A stretch of 64,000 nucleotides of DNA from Paenibacillaceae bacterium (GTDB taxonomy: Bacteria > Bacillota > Bacilli > Paenibacillales > NBRC-103111), in NCBI GenBank assembly GCA_029256185.1, contig JAQSYI010000003.1, positions 202,409-266,408 of the forward strand. Direction: 5' to 3'. Position numbers and translations under genes: made by a program. Numbering within the stretch: the first letter of the stretch is position 1; every line of letters begins with the position of its first letter. Shown in pieces: positions 27,076 to 36,715 of the stretch. The notes under the pieces were generated by a model. That model worked only from the letters and a program-made list of their open reading frames with translations. It was not told the DNA's origin and did not search any database.

Positions 27076-27156
27076 CTATTCTATGCGAAATTTCATACAG
27101 AATGGCCCTGCCGAGGGCAGCCCTGGCCTATTCTATGCGAAATTTCATAATAGAAT
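27076..27156. repeat. Two 52-bp-spaced copies of palindromic CTATTCTATGCGAAATTTCATA
   Basis: Identical 22-mers at 27076 and 27128, with a small CTGCC-GAG-GGCAG hairpin between them. Confidence 0.85.
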
Positions 27157-27332
27157 TGGGTGACGAAGGCCCCCCTGTTGTTTGTTCATTTTGCCGCCGT
27201 AGTTTTTTTGAAGGTCTCAGAAAATATAAACGGGGAAGCGGCTCCATTTCTTGACAAACGCCGGTTGACAAAGGACGCCGTCATGCGTTTATCCTCGGAT
27301 AAGCTGTTCGGCTGTTCCTTCGCAAATCAGCT

Positions 27333-30032
27333 TCATTCCTGCCGGACAAAAGCAGCGGCGGCAGCCCGCAGCGCTCCTCCGGGAGCCAGCGGGTCCAGGT
27401 GGGACAATTTCACGTATCCCCCGGTGCCCGCCTGGAAAGAGTAAGTGCCCAAGGACACCCAGCCGGCGCTTCCCGCCGTATAATCCAACACCCGCTGGCT
27501 TACACCGGCGGTATGGTATACCTGCAGCCTGCTGGCGGGTTCGCTGTTGGAGCTGGTTACCCGGTATACAAACACCTCGTAGGTTCCCGCTTCAAGGTCC
27601 GGCGTCCAGGAGGCCGTGGCATTGCCTGCAAAGCTGTAGCGGGTAAGATTGCCGTCATGCCCCTTCAGACCGCTGTTGATCCATGATGATCCCGTCTCCC
27701 CATACCCCGCTCCCCATACAGGGACAACCAGGGCATCTTCCGGCAAAGGCGCCGTGGACCAATCCAGAATATCCGGTACGCCCGCGCCAAGGGCAAAGCT
27801 CAGCCGGTTCGCCGCAATATTGTCCACAATGCCTTGGATCAGAATGCCTGCAGTCAATTGCGGCCTGGAATCGGCAATCGTTAACCCGTCGACCTCAATA
27901 TCGTCGCTATGCTCAATGGACAGGCCCGCGAAGACGCCGTTAACCGCTTGTGTACCTGTAACTTCAATCCCGTTGTCGGTAAGTACGGCTCCCCTCACGC
28001 CGCCCAGATAGATGCCGTTGCGCACCGGATTGCGGACCAGATTACCCTCCAAGACAATATCCGTAATATTTCTGCCGTCCGCCACCGCCCGGCCGCTCTT
28101 CTGCGAGAACACGGTAATGGCTGCCGCATAAGGGTGCCTGCTGTACACATCCAGAAAATTAACATGGTCCGTTACATTGTTGAGGACATGAATATTCATG
28201 GGGGCGGGTCCGTTGGGAACGTCAGGATCATCCGTGAGCATAACGCCCGCATTACCCAGATTTTGGAACAGATTGCCCTCAATCCAGCCGTCCGTGGATT
28301 TCAGATACAGCCCATTGCGCCGGGAATCGCGGAAAATGCTGTCCGTTATGCTGAAGCCCGCTCCCACCGTACTCAAATTGTAAACCAAATCGGAGTCGGA
28401 CGGAGTGGAACCGGCATGGAGTCCGGCTACCGGCGTGTCCAGCGTAATCAGCGCCTTGGTCGCCGGAGCCAGGGCATCCGGCTGCACGGAGACAACCGTG
28501 GCCGTGCCCAGCACAACCCCGTTCACCGCGCGGAAAAATTGCAGACGGTCTCCGGCCCGGGGCACCTTCGATCCGGATATCCCCTGCACATGCAGCTCCG
28601 TCTCCGAGATGATCTGCGAGATAAGCAGCGGCCGGTTGTAGATGGCCACGATATCATCCATCACCCCTTCAAACAGGGAATCATGAACCACAGGCCCTGT
28701 TCTTGCCGATTGCACATGAACGGAATCCGCATTGGTGACGATCATCTGGTTGCTTCCGGGCTTTCGCATAATGCGCAAACAGTCGATCTCAATACCGTCG
28801 GTGTAGTAGCCCACAAGCGTGGCGCCGGAGGAGGCGTGGACCGTTACATCCGTAACGGCGACAGTATCCGACTCCTCCAAGCGGAAGATGCCGTTGCCGT
28901 GATCCCGTGTGACGATGACGAACGGATCTCCGGCCTCGATTTGTCCCGGACCCACCTGAGACGGTACAGCCGCCTGGAACCGGTACGTCATCCCGTCGGG
29001 CAGCTTCGTCCAACCGTTCACATTAATATGATCGTTGGCGCTGCTCTTCATCAGCAGGGGGTTGGCCGCATCCCGGACGGTGCCCCATATTCTGGGCAGC
29101 TCCCCAAAGCGCGGGTCCGCGAGCAAGGTGTAGCCCGGATCTGGAACAAAATCGAAGGTGGATGCCGCCGGATCGATGGAGGCAACCGTCCCCTGGATAA
29201 ACGGCGGCGTCTCGTATTCGATGGTTATTCCCTCAAACGAAAGCTCCGAGCAATCCACACAGCGGAAAAAGCCGGCAACGGGATCGGTAATCAACAGCAC
29301 CGTTTCGTCTCCAACCAGCTCAAGATTCTGCAATTCATGGAATAAAAAGCTGAAGGAGTACATGAGTTCATTGCGGACCGTACCTGCATCAAACCGGAGA
29401 TGATCCAACTCCAATACGCCGCTTGCCGGGTCATCTCCGAAACGGACGGACACCTGATGAACAGCCCCGCTCCACTGGGCATATCCGCTCAAATCGAAGA
29501 CATATTCCGTGGCCTGCGTATCGTACGGCGTCAGCGCAATGGTTGCGCTTCGCAGAGCGGTCCACGGCTGTCCCGGGGCATCCGTCCAGAAGATCGTGGC
29601 CTCCTCCGCATCCGATGCATTCTTCAGCAGCAGCTTCACTTGCTTGTATTTGCTTGCGTCCAATCCCAAATAAGCGGGCGAGGTGATGCTTAATGGTCCC
29701 GCAGCCCCTGCCGTTGCCGACAAGCTGCCTCCGCCCACCGACGAATAAGCGGCATTGGTTACTGTCCAATCCCCGTCCGTTCCACCGTTCGAGAAGCCCC
29801 ATTGCGCCTGCGGCGGAGCAATCCGGTATGTTCCCGGCGAGAGGGATACAGGCAGGCCTGCACCGGCCCCTTCCAGCATGGCTTGCCGAATCGCCCGGGT
29901 ATCATCCAGCCCGTCACCGGCCACAGCCCCGTAATGCTCGGGTCTGACAACGGCATCGGCAGAAACGGTGAAAACCGCAGCGCCGCCACCGCCAATCCCA
30001 AGGACAACCCATAACGCAAGCAGCAGCTTCAT
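27333..30032 (-). CDS. Secreted right-handed beta-helix glycosidase, GH110 (alpha-galactosidase)-like, with an inserted CBM-like module and a C-terminal golvesin/Xly-CBD-like domain
   Basis: Start re-called at ATG 30032 (RBS GGAGGG, signal peptide MKLLLALWVVLGIGGGG...ADA). Motifs: HYGAVAGDGLDDTRAI, GITIEYETPPFIQGTV, NADSVH...FEGVMDD and C-terminal ATASWTPDLEAGTYEV...GWVSLGTYSF. Confidence 0.7.
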   Translation of the reverse strand: MKLLLALWVVLGIGGGGAAVFTVSADAVVRPEHYGAVAGDGLDDTRAIRQAMLEGAGAGLPVSLSPGTYRIAPPQAQWGFSNGGTDGDWTVTNAAYSSVGGGSLSATAGAAGPLSITSPAYLGLDASKYKQVKLLLKNASDAEEATIFWTDAPGQPWTALRSATIALTPYDTQATEYVFDLSGYAQWSGAVHQVSVRFGDDPASGVLELDHLRFDAGTVRNELMYSFSFLFHELQNLELVGDETVLLITDPVAGFFRCVDCSELSFEGITIEYETPPFIQGTVASIDPAASTFDFVPDPGYTLLADPRFGELPRIWGTVRDAANPLLMKSSANDHINVNGWTKLPDGMTYRFQAAVPSQVGPGQIEAGDPFVIVTRDHGNGIFRLEESDTVAVTDVTVHASSGATLVGYYTDGIEIDCLRIMRKPGSNQMIVTNADSVHVQSARTGPVVHDSLFEGVMDDIVAIYNRPLLISQIISETELHVQGISGSKVPRAGDRLQFFRAVNGVVLGTATVVSVQPDALAPATKALITLDTPVAGLHAGSTPSDSDLVYNLSTVGAGFSITDSIFRDSRRNGLYLKSTDGWIEGNLFQNLGNAGVMLTDDPDVPNGPAPMNIHVLNNVTDHVNFLDVYSRHPYAAAITVFSQKSGRAVADGRNITDIVLEGNLVRNPVRNGIYLGGVRGAVLTDNGIEVTGTQAVNGVFAGLSIEHSDDIEVDGLTIADSRPQLTAGILIQGIVDNIAANRLSFALGAGVPDILDWSTAPLPEDALVVPVWGAGYGETGSSWINSGLKGHDGNLTRYSFAGNATASWTPDLEAGTYEVFVYRVTSSNSEPASRLQVYHTAGVSQRVLDYTAGSAGWVSLGTYSFQAGTGGYVKLSHLDPLAPGGALRAAAAAFVRQE

Positions 30033-30092
30033 CGGACAGGGAACCCTCCACCGCTTCCCAACAGTCTCTTCTTTAGAAGCAAACATCGCCGA

Positions 30093-33050
30093 TCACTCCT
30101 TTTTCTTATTCCTATCAGACAGCCCATAGCCCATGTAAACCTTGCCAAGTCCGAAGGGCTGCAGCATCAGCTCATGATGCCGCTGCTCCAGAAAAACGAT
30201 GCGGCGCAAATAAGGCATCCGTTCATCATCGGGCACATAATGGGGGCCGTACACATTTCTCAGCGTGTTGACAACATGGAAGACAAGCTCATTTTGCCCC
30301 GGCACCAGCCAGTCGGTAACATCCCAGGCCCAGGGCTCCCACACCCTTGCGGCTGCAGCATGGCCATTGATCTCCAGTACGGCTCCGGCGAATTGCGGCT
30401 CCTCACAATAAATATGCCACCGGCTGCCATGCTCCTCCCCGGCATCCCCGGTCCAGTGAAATTCCGTGCGCAGCGACAGCGAACCGCTGAAAAACGGATA
30501 CCCGCTGTTCACCAGATCCGACGGATCGCAATCCCCATTCCAGGGATGCAGCCTGAACTGCTTGGGACCGCAACGGACGACCCTGAAATTGCCGCGCAAA
30601 TACATATTTTCCAGCTCACGGCATTCGGTCCGCAGCTCGATCTCGGCATAATGGATTCCCGGGCCCAGCAGCTGTTCGGGCACTGCATATCCCTCATACT
30701 CCGGATCCACCCAGTCGGCCTCCGTGCGCTCCAGCATAACTCCGTCCCACCGCACGCTATGGCAGATGCCCGGCTCGGCGATCAGCCGCACCGGGGCAGG
30801 CAAGCCTTCCGAAGAGACAGCCACGGCGGTCCGGACCAGCCTTGTCCGCATGGAAGCGATCTCCGTATCCTGGGCGCATGCAGGCTGGTGCCAGCCTCCC
30901 CCTTCCTCGTCCCGGCATTGAAATTGATCCAGCAGCAGCAGATTATCGTCGCCGCCGGCAACGTTGAATCCGCCAATCTCTACGGTACCTCCGTATGTCC
31001 GCTCCTCATTCAAGCGTACAGCCGGGCCGGAATGGGAAGCCGCTATCCCCTCTTCCTGCCCACCGGCAGCCTCCGCATCCGCTCCTTCCTTCCATTCCAG
31101 CAGCAGGGACTGGCGCGGGCGGAAGCTCACCCGAACGGATAACGCTCCGTCTTCTCCGGCCGTTGCCGCAACCCGGCTGACCTCTCCCGTTTCCCCATCC
31201 CAACAATACAACCCGCCCCGGGCGCCCCCTGGAATGCGCAGCTCCCCCCGCACTTGGCCGCTCATGGACAAATTGCTGAGAAACAGCAGCCTTTCCCCTG
31301 CGGCCTGCCGCTCGTGCAGCCAGATGGGAGGGTCTCCCTCCTTCCCGTAAAACCTGCATAACGCCGGCTGTACAAGACGCAGCTCTTCGATATCCAGCCT
31401 GCGGGCCGCCGGAATGAGGGAAGCGGTTTCAAGCAATCCCGGAATGGTTGCGCTGGGCCATTCGTCATACCAAATCCCCCCTCCCTCCCCGTGAAACTGT
31501 CTCAGCAGTTCAAGCGTAGATGGCCTTAACCGCGTGCAGACGGGGATGACAACCCCCTTATAGGCGGCGCTGCCCACCATAAGCTGTCCCCCCTCTACAC
31601 GCCCATGCCTGGCAACAATCGCTTCATTGCCGTAGTCAAAGTCCAATTGCGCGTCCAGCAGCCTGAGGGACAGCTCCGCAAGCCGGTCGCTGAGCGCCTC
31701 CACTGCCCCGGTCTCCTGGGGCCGGTACAGCTCCCAGGCGGATTCCATGGGATGGAGGACCAACAGCGGCACCTGACGCTCTCCCTGGGACAAGGCATAA
31801 GACACTCTGGCCAGATAATCATGAAGCTGTCCTGCATGGCTCCACCAGGGCTGCTGCGGGCCGATCACAGGCGGCCAATCCCGCTTGGCCACCCCCAGCA
31901 TGGAATAGGGGAGCAGATGGGGCGTAAACATATTGACTCCCAGCACCAGATGCCAGTCGATCATCCATTTTTGCATGCGGAGATCGAACATCTGACCGGC
32001 GCCGCCAAACAATTCGGACAGCACGCGGGGCTTATTCAATTGGCGGGCTGCGCTGGTCACCTGCTTGACAGTCATGACCGTGCCTCCCGCAGCGCACAGC
32101 TCCGTATCCGATTTGTGGATTTGCCTGCCCAGATAATCCAGTCCGGGAATATGCATGTACTCATAATGGGGCATGGGATCGCCCAAATACCGCATGATTT
32201 TCGTCAAATGATCCTCGCCCATGTAATGTCCCGTGAAGGCAAGCCCCCGCGCCCCGCACCACTCGAAGATCGGCTTGCTGTAATGGTTGACCAGCAGCTC
32301 CACCATGAGCCTCCAATAATCGTATCTGATCTCCCGGTACCGCTCCCCGGCGCAATGGAACAGGGAAGCAAGATGAGGAATCAAATCATAGCCGTAGGCT
32401 TCCTGAAAGCGGGACTGGAACCCTTCCGTCCACGGGAGGGCATTGGCGGTTCCTCCCCGCTCCATCATCAGACTGGCCTCATCGCTGAATATGCCCGGAA
32501 TGGCTGTGCCGAACGCCTCCCCCACATGCTCCTCGTACACACAGTGGGTATGCCGGATAAACGCCTGCACCACATCCGGATTCATCAGATCCACCCCGGA
32601 GGCCCCCAGAAAGCGGGGATTGCCCAGCGGTGCCGTCCATTGATAATAATACCGCCCCAGCTGACCGTCATGCCAAAGCAACCGGTATGCCTCATCCGTC
32701 TCCCGGCGCTCCAGCTCCACCAGCGCCTTGGCCCGGTATGCCGCTCCCAGCCGCGGCACCTCGCCGCCCGCATAGCCGCTGGGCCAGCCGTACTCGTCGT
32801 AGGCCCAAGCCTGCATCCCGTTCCTGCGGGCTTCCTCCAGGCAAAATTGAACCATGCCGAACCACTCCTGCCGCAAATACGGGGTTTGTATCCCCGCACG
32901 CGCATGCATAAAAAAACCGCCAATTCCCGCCTCCTTCATCTGCCGGATTTGCGAGCGAAGCCGGTCGTACTCCAGCATCCCGTTCCAGGACCAGAAGATG
33001 ACCGGCCTCCACTCCCCATGCGGATGCTGAAAGTCGCTTCGCCCAATCAT
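30093..33050 (-). CDS. GH106-type alpha-L-rhamnosidase-like glycoside hydrolase
   Basis: Start re-called at ATG 33050 (RBS GAGGTGA). Motifs: FWSWNG, GIGGFFMHARAG, WAYDEYGWPSGYAGG, FSDE, PGLDYL, SELFG, LGVN...HLLPYS and NTLRN. No signal peptide. Confidence 0.8.
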   Translation of the reverse strand: MIGRSDFQHPHGEWRPVIFWSWNGMLEYDRLRSQIRQMKEAGIGGFFMHARAGIQTPYLRQEWFGMVQFCLEEARRNGMQAWAYDEYGWPSGYAGGEVPRLGAAYRAKALVELERRETDEAYRLLWHDGQLGRYYYQWTAPLGNPRFLGASGVDLMNPDVVQAFIRHTHCVYEEHVGEAFGTAIPGIFSDEASLMMERGGTANALPWTEGFQSRFQEAYGYDLIPHLASLFHCAGERYREIRYDYWRLMVELLVNHYSKPIFEWCGARGLAFTGHYMGEDHLTKIMRYLGDPMPHYEYMHIPGLDYLGRQIHKSDTELCAAGGTVMTVKQVTSAARQLNKPRVLSELFGGAGQMFDLRMQKWMIDWHLVLGVNMFTPHLLPYSMLGVAKRDWPPVIGPQQPWWSHAGQLHDYLARVSYALSQGERQVPLLVLHPMESAWELYRPQETGAVEALSDRLAELSLRLLDAQLDFDYGNEAIVARHGRVEGGQLMVGSAAYKGVVIPVCTRLRPSTLELLRQFHGEGGGIWYDEWPSATIPGLLETASLIPAARRLDIEELRLVQPALCRFYGKEGDPPIWLHERQAAGERLLFLSNLSMSGQVRGELRIPGGARGGLYCWDGETGEVSRVAATAGEDGALSVRVSFRPRQSLLLEWKEGADAEAAGGQEEGIAASHSGPAVRLNEERTYGGTVEIGGFNVAGGDDNLLLLDQFQCRDEEGGGWHQPACAQDTEIASMRTRLVRTAVAVSSEGLPAPVRLIAEPGICHSVRWDGVMLERTEADWVDPEYEGYAVPEQLLGPGIHYAEIELRTECRELENMYLRGNFRVVRCGPKQFRLHPWNGDCDPSDLVNSGYPFFSGSLSLRTEFHWTGDAGEEHGSRWHIYCEEPQFAGAVLEINGHAAAARVWEPWAWDVTDWLVPGQNELVFHVVNTLRNVYGPHYVPDDERMPYLRRIVFLEQRHHELMLQPFGLGKVYMGYGLSDRNKKKE

Positions 33051-33107
33051 GTGCCCCTCACCTCTTTCCATGCTTCTTCCCGCGAGCGTCTTGCGCTCTG
33101 TCCTCAT

Positions 33108-33164
33108 CTTATATCAGGCCGCAAAGCGGAGGCCTCTAAAATATTTGGGGATTGCTTTAATATT
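33108..33164 (-). promoter_or_regulatory. Promoter of the GH106-GH110 operon with the shared 21-bp-spaced direct repeat
   Basis: CTCTAAAAT-atttggggattg-CTTTAATAT at 33134-33163; TG-a-TATAAG -10 on the minus strand at 33108-33113. Confidence 0.6.
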
Positions 33165-33192
33165 TTAAGAATGCGGCAATCCCCGCATGGCT

Positions 33193-34869
33193 TCAGCCCA
33201 AAGGCCGCTTGCGCAGATTCCGCATGAACCTCTGCGGCGAGATCCCCGTATGCTTGCGGAACAGCGTGCAGAAGTAACGCTCGTCGGCGATGCCTGCCGC
33301 CTCGGCCAGCTCCGCATTGGTATAGTCGCGCTGCTCCATAAGCAGCTTGGCGCTGTCAATCCTCCGCCGGTTTAGGTAATCGATGAAGCCCTCGCCGGTT
33401 TCCTTCTTGAAGAAGGCGCTGAAATAGGCGGGATTCATATTGACATGCTCGGCCACCTGATGCAGCGTCAGCCGCTCTGCCAGCCGTCCGTCGATAAATT
33501 GCTTCGCCTTGCGGATTTCCGTCCGCTCCTCCGTTTGATGCAGCCGCTCCAACCAGCCGGGCAGTCCGTTCTCCAGCCAGTCCAGTAAGCCGTGGCAGCT
33601 TGCAAACCGGGGCGGATCGTTATGTCCCGGCATTTGTCCCCCCGTTTGTTCCACCGTCTGTTCCACCTTTTGTCCCCCCGGTTGCCCCGCCTCTTGCCTG
33701 CCCTGTCCGTTCCCGGGGTCCGCCGCCCGGATAAACCGCTCCGTCTCTTCCAGCACCCGCCCCGGCTGCAGCTTGCGGCTCTGGAGCAGCCGCCTGATGC
33801 GCTGGACCGCGCGCTGCCTCGCCTGCCCGTCGGCTCCGGGTGCCAGCAGCCCTTGCAGCTGCCGCAAAGCCGCAGCAAACTCGTCCGCGGCCGCAGTCTC
33901 ATACAGCAGCCGGCTGGAGGGGGTGATAACCCGGCCTTCCCCGATATAGAAGGTATCCTCCAGGGCCTGCTTGGCTTCCTGGAATGCCTGGGGCGCCGTC
34001 CCCCAGCCGGAATGCCAACCGCTGAAGGATACAGTGACCGTGAGCTTCAGATAGCCGTGAATGTGGTCCCTGATGCTTTGTCCCAGGGATTGGTTGGCTT
34101 GCAGCAAGTCCAGCTCGCTGTTCAGCTCCGCCCGGGAAACAAAACCGGCAATCAGCTCCGGCTCCAGCTCGCAGCAGAAGCCCCGTTCCGAAGCGCCCAG
34201 CAGCTCCTCGATGATATTGAGCATCCCGTACTTCAGCGCCTTCCGGTCCTTGGATTCATATTGCCGGCGGAAATCTCCCAGGTTCTCAATCCGCACGGCA
34301 AAGCAGCTGTACTTCTGCGGCTTGAACCGGATCATCAGCTCCCCGCAGCGGGCCTCCATGCCGCCCGGGCCCACCTCGCCATGAAGAAGCTCCTCCACCA
34401 CCTGCTTGCGCAGCCCGTGCAGATTGCCCCTTACCGTGGCGTTCAGCTGCCTCAGCTTCACCGCCTCCGACTCCCGGGCCTCCAGTGTCTGCTGGGCCCG
34501 CAGCAGGGCGGCGGCCACCTCCGTCTCGCTTAACGGCACCTTAAGCAAATATTGCTGCACATTCATCTCCAGGGCCCGCCGGGCATAGTCGAAATCCGTA
34601 TAGGCGCTGAGAATGACCAGAATCGCCCGGGGCAGCAGCTCCTTCAGCCGGCCGGTCAGCTCCAGCCCGTCCATTCCCGGCATCACAATATCCGTGATCA
34701 CAATGTCCGGCTTCAGGTCTGCGGCAAGCTCCAACGCCTCCGCGCCGTTCCTGGCCGTTGCCACAAGCCGGAACTGGCGGTGCTGCCGCTCTATTCCGGC
34801 AAATAAAAGGCGCAGCCGCTGCACAATCAACGCCTCGTCATCCACAACCATGCAAGTGTAGGTTCTCAC
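33193..34869 (-). CDS. YesN-family response regulator (REC + AraC HTH)
   Basis: Start re-called at GTG 34869 (RBS GGAGG). CMVVDDE, ITDIVMP, YLLKVP, and C-terminal NMNPAYFSAFFKKETG...YFCTLFRK. Confidence 0.93.
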   Translation of the reverse strand: MRTYTCMVVDDEALIVQRLRLLFAGIERQHRQFRLVATARNGAEALELAADLKPDIVITDIVMPGMDGLELTGRLKELLPRAILVILSAYTDFDYARRALEMNVQQYLLKVPLSETEVAAALLRAQQTLEARESEAVKLRQLNATVRGNLHGLRKQVVEELLHGEVGPGGMEARCGELMIRFKPQKYSCFAVRIENLGDFRRQYESKDRKALKYGMLNIIEELLGASERGFCCELEPELIAGFVSRAELNSELDLLQANQSLGQSIRDHIHGYLKLTVTVSFSGWHSGWGTAPQAFQEAKQALEDTFYIGEGRVITPSSRLLYETAAADEFAAALRQLQGLLAPGADGQARQRAVQRIRRLLQSRKLQPGRVLEETERFIRAADPGNGQGRQEAGQPGGQKVEQTVEQTGGQMPGHNDPPRFASCHGLLDWLENGLPGWLERLHQTEERTEIRKAKQFIDGRLAERLTLHQVAEHVNMNPAYFSAFFKKETGEGFIDYLNRRRIDSAKLLMEQRDYTNAELAEAAGIADERYFCTLFRKHTGISPQRFMRNLRKRPLG

Positions 34870-34882
34870 GTATGGACCTCCT

Positions 34883-36610
34883 TCATAACGGAAACGCCAG
34901 GCGAACAACTGTTCCCTCTCCCGGTTTGCTGCTGACCTCAACTCCGTAGTCCTCGCCATAATAAAGCTGAATCCGCTTATGAATGTTGTACAAGCCGATG
35001 CGCTGGCGCCGTTTCGGCCGCTCCGCTCCGTAGGAGCGCTGCAAGATCCGCCCTGCAAGCTCTTCCTCCATCCCCACGCCTTCATCCGAGACGGCAATGA
35101 TCATCCTACCCCCGTCCCGGCAGGCGGAGACCGTGATGGTTCCCTCCAGCGTTCCCCCTTGGTAGCCGTGGAAGATGCCGTTCTCCACAACGGGCTGCAG
35201 GATCATGCGCAGCACCGGCGCATCCAGCAGCTCCGCGTCCATCTGCTCCTCCAACGCAAACATCTGGTCGTAACGGATGTTCTGAATATACAGATAATCC
35301 TTCACATTGCGCAGTTCCTCCCGCAGCGTGACACGGTCGGAGGCGTCGGCAATCCCGTACTCCAGAATGGAAATAAGCGAACGGACAAGGCGGTCCACCT
35401 CCCCGGTTCTCCCCAGCGCCACCACATTGCTGATGGAGCCCAAGGCATTGTAGAGAAAATGGGGATTGATCTGCGACTGCAGCACCTGGATTTCCATATC
35501 CCGCTTCATTTGCTCACTGACGTTCAGATGGCTGATCAGATGGCGGATGCGCCCGATCATGTCATCGAAGGTGTCCGCCAGCTCCCCGAATTCATCCTGG
35601 CGGTGGTTGGAGATGACAATATCCAGATTGCCGTTGCGAACCTCCCGCATCTTGCGCTTCAAATAATACACCGGCCTGCGGATGAAGCGGGATACGAGGA
35701 AGGCTGTGACCAGGCTGAGCAGAAAACCGACAAGCCCCAGGCCCGCAGAGTAGGCGCGCAGCCGCTCCAGCGACTTCCGTAGCGGTGTTTCATCCAGCAC
35801 CGAATATACAATCCAGTTTTGCCTGGGCATCAGGAGCTTGGTAATGGTGGCCGGGGCGCCGTTGATTTGTGCCGTGAAGACATCCTTGCCTGCATTGTAA
35901 ATACTCATGAATTCAAGCGTCCCCAGCTTATATTCGCCAGCTGCGGAAACCGTCATGGCATTCAAGCTGAGGCTTTGCGCCACCGGCACGCCGGATTGAT
36001 GGAGAATGCCGATCTTATAGTCGTTGTAATCGCCGATTCTCAGCAGATGATCCTCCAGGGCCTCCAAATCCAGGTCGAACGCCAGCACCGCATTTTCGTT
36101 ATTGTAGGAAAGCAGCCGCGTTACCGTAATCGTGCGCCCCGAATACGCGGACATATACGGCTCCGTCGCCTTGATGCTCAAGGGATTGGCAAGGGCCTGC
36201 TCATACAGCCTTTGCCGCTCCGGCAGCGGCTCGTCATACGCCTTGGATATCACATTGCCGCCGATAATGGACAGGTCCTCATTGATGATATAGATATTTT
36301 TCAAGTGTCCCCCGTTGGCCAGATACAGCTGATCCAGCTGATTTTGCAAAATTTCACGGTTGTCCATGGACAGCTTGATCGTGGACAGCACCGTATAGTG
36401 GGTGTTTTCGATCATGAGGAAATACATGTCCAAATACTGCTTGACCTTCTGCAAAATTTGCCGGTTCTGCTCCACCCGGCTGTGGATCGTATCCTCCTTG
36501 ATATAGTTATAGAACAGCACACTGATCATAAGCACGGTGCTGCCTGCGAATACGAGACAAATGACAAACAGCTTGAAGGTGATTCCCTTCATCCAGGACA
36601 TCATACCCAT
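34883..36610 (-). CDS. YesM-family sensor histidine kinase
   Basis: LQSQINPHFLYNAL, ILQPVVENGIFHG, DEGVGM and IGLYNIHKRI. Confidence 0.94.
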   Translation of the reverse strand: MGMMSWMKGITFKLFVICLVFAGSTVLMISVLFYNYIKEDTIHSRVEQNRQILQKVKQYLDMYFLMIENTHYTVLSTIKLSMDNREILQNQLDQLYLANGGHLKNIYIINEDLSIIGGNVISKAYDEPLPERQRLYEQALANPLSIKATEPYMSAYSGRTITVTRLLSYNNENAVLAFDLDLEALEDHLLRIGDYNDYKIGILHQSGVPVAQSLSLNAMTVSAAGEYKLGTLEFMSIYNAGKDVFTAQINGAPATITKLLMPRQNWIVYSVLDETPLRKSLERLRAYSAGLGLVGFLLSLVTAFLVSRFIRRPVYYLKRKMREVRNGNLDIVISNHRQDEFGELADTFDDMIGRIRHLISHLNVSEQMKRDMEIQVLQSQINPHFLYNALGSISNVVALGRTGEVDRLVRSLISILEYGIADASDRVTLREELRNVKDYLYIQNIRYDQMFALEEQMDAELLDAPVLRMILQPVVENGIFHGYQGGTLEGTITVSACRDGGRMIIAVSDEGVGMEEELAGRILQRSYGAERPKRRQRIGLYNIHKRIQLYYGEDYGVEVSSKPGEGTVVRLAFPL

Positions 36611-36715
36611 CGCTTCCCTGTCTTTTTTTCTGAATGATACCGCAAGTTATATTACAGCCCTTCGCAAGACGCCAAAAAAGAAGGCGGATGCCTCCCTTTT
36701 TGCCGGTATGCAGCT

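Noticed and set aside
33193-35097. 634-aa version of the response regulator and the extended ORFs 38347-39513 and 39231-40616
   Set aside because: The upstream extensions overlap neighbouring genes. Starts with good RBS occur at 34869, 39219 and 40184.
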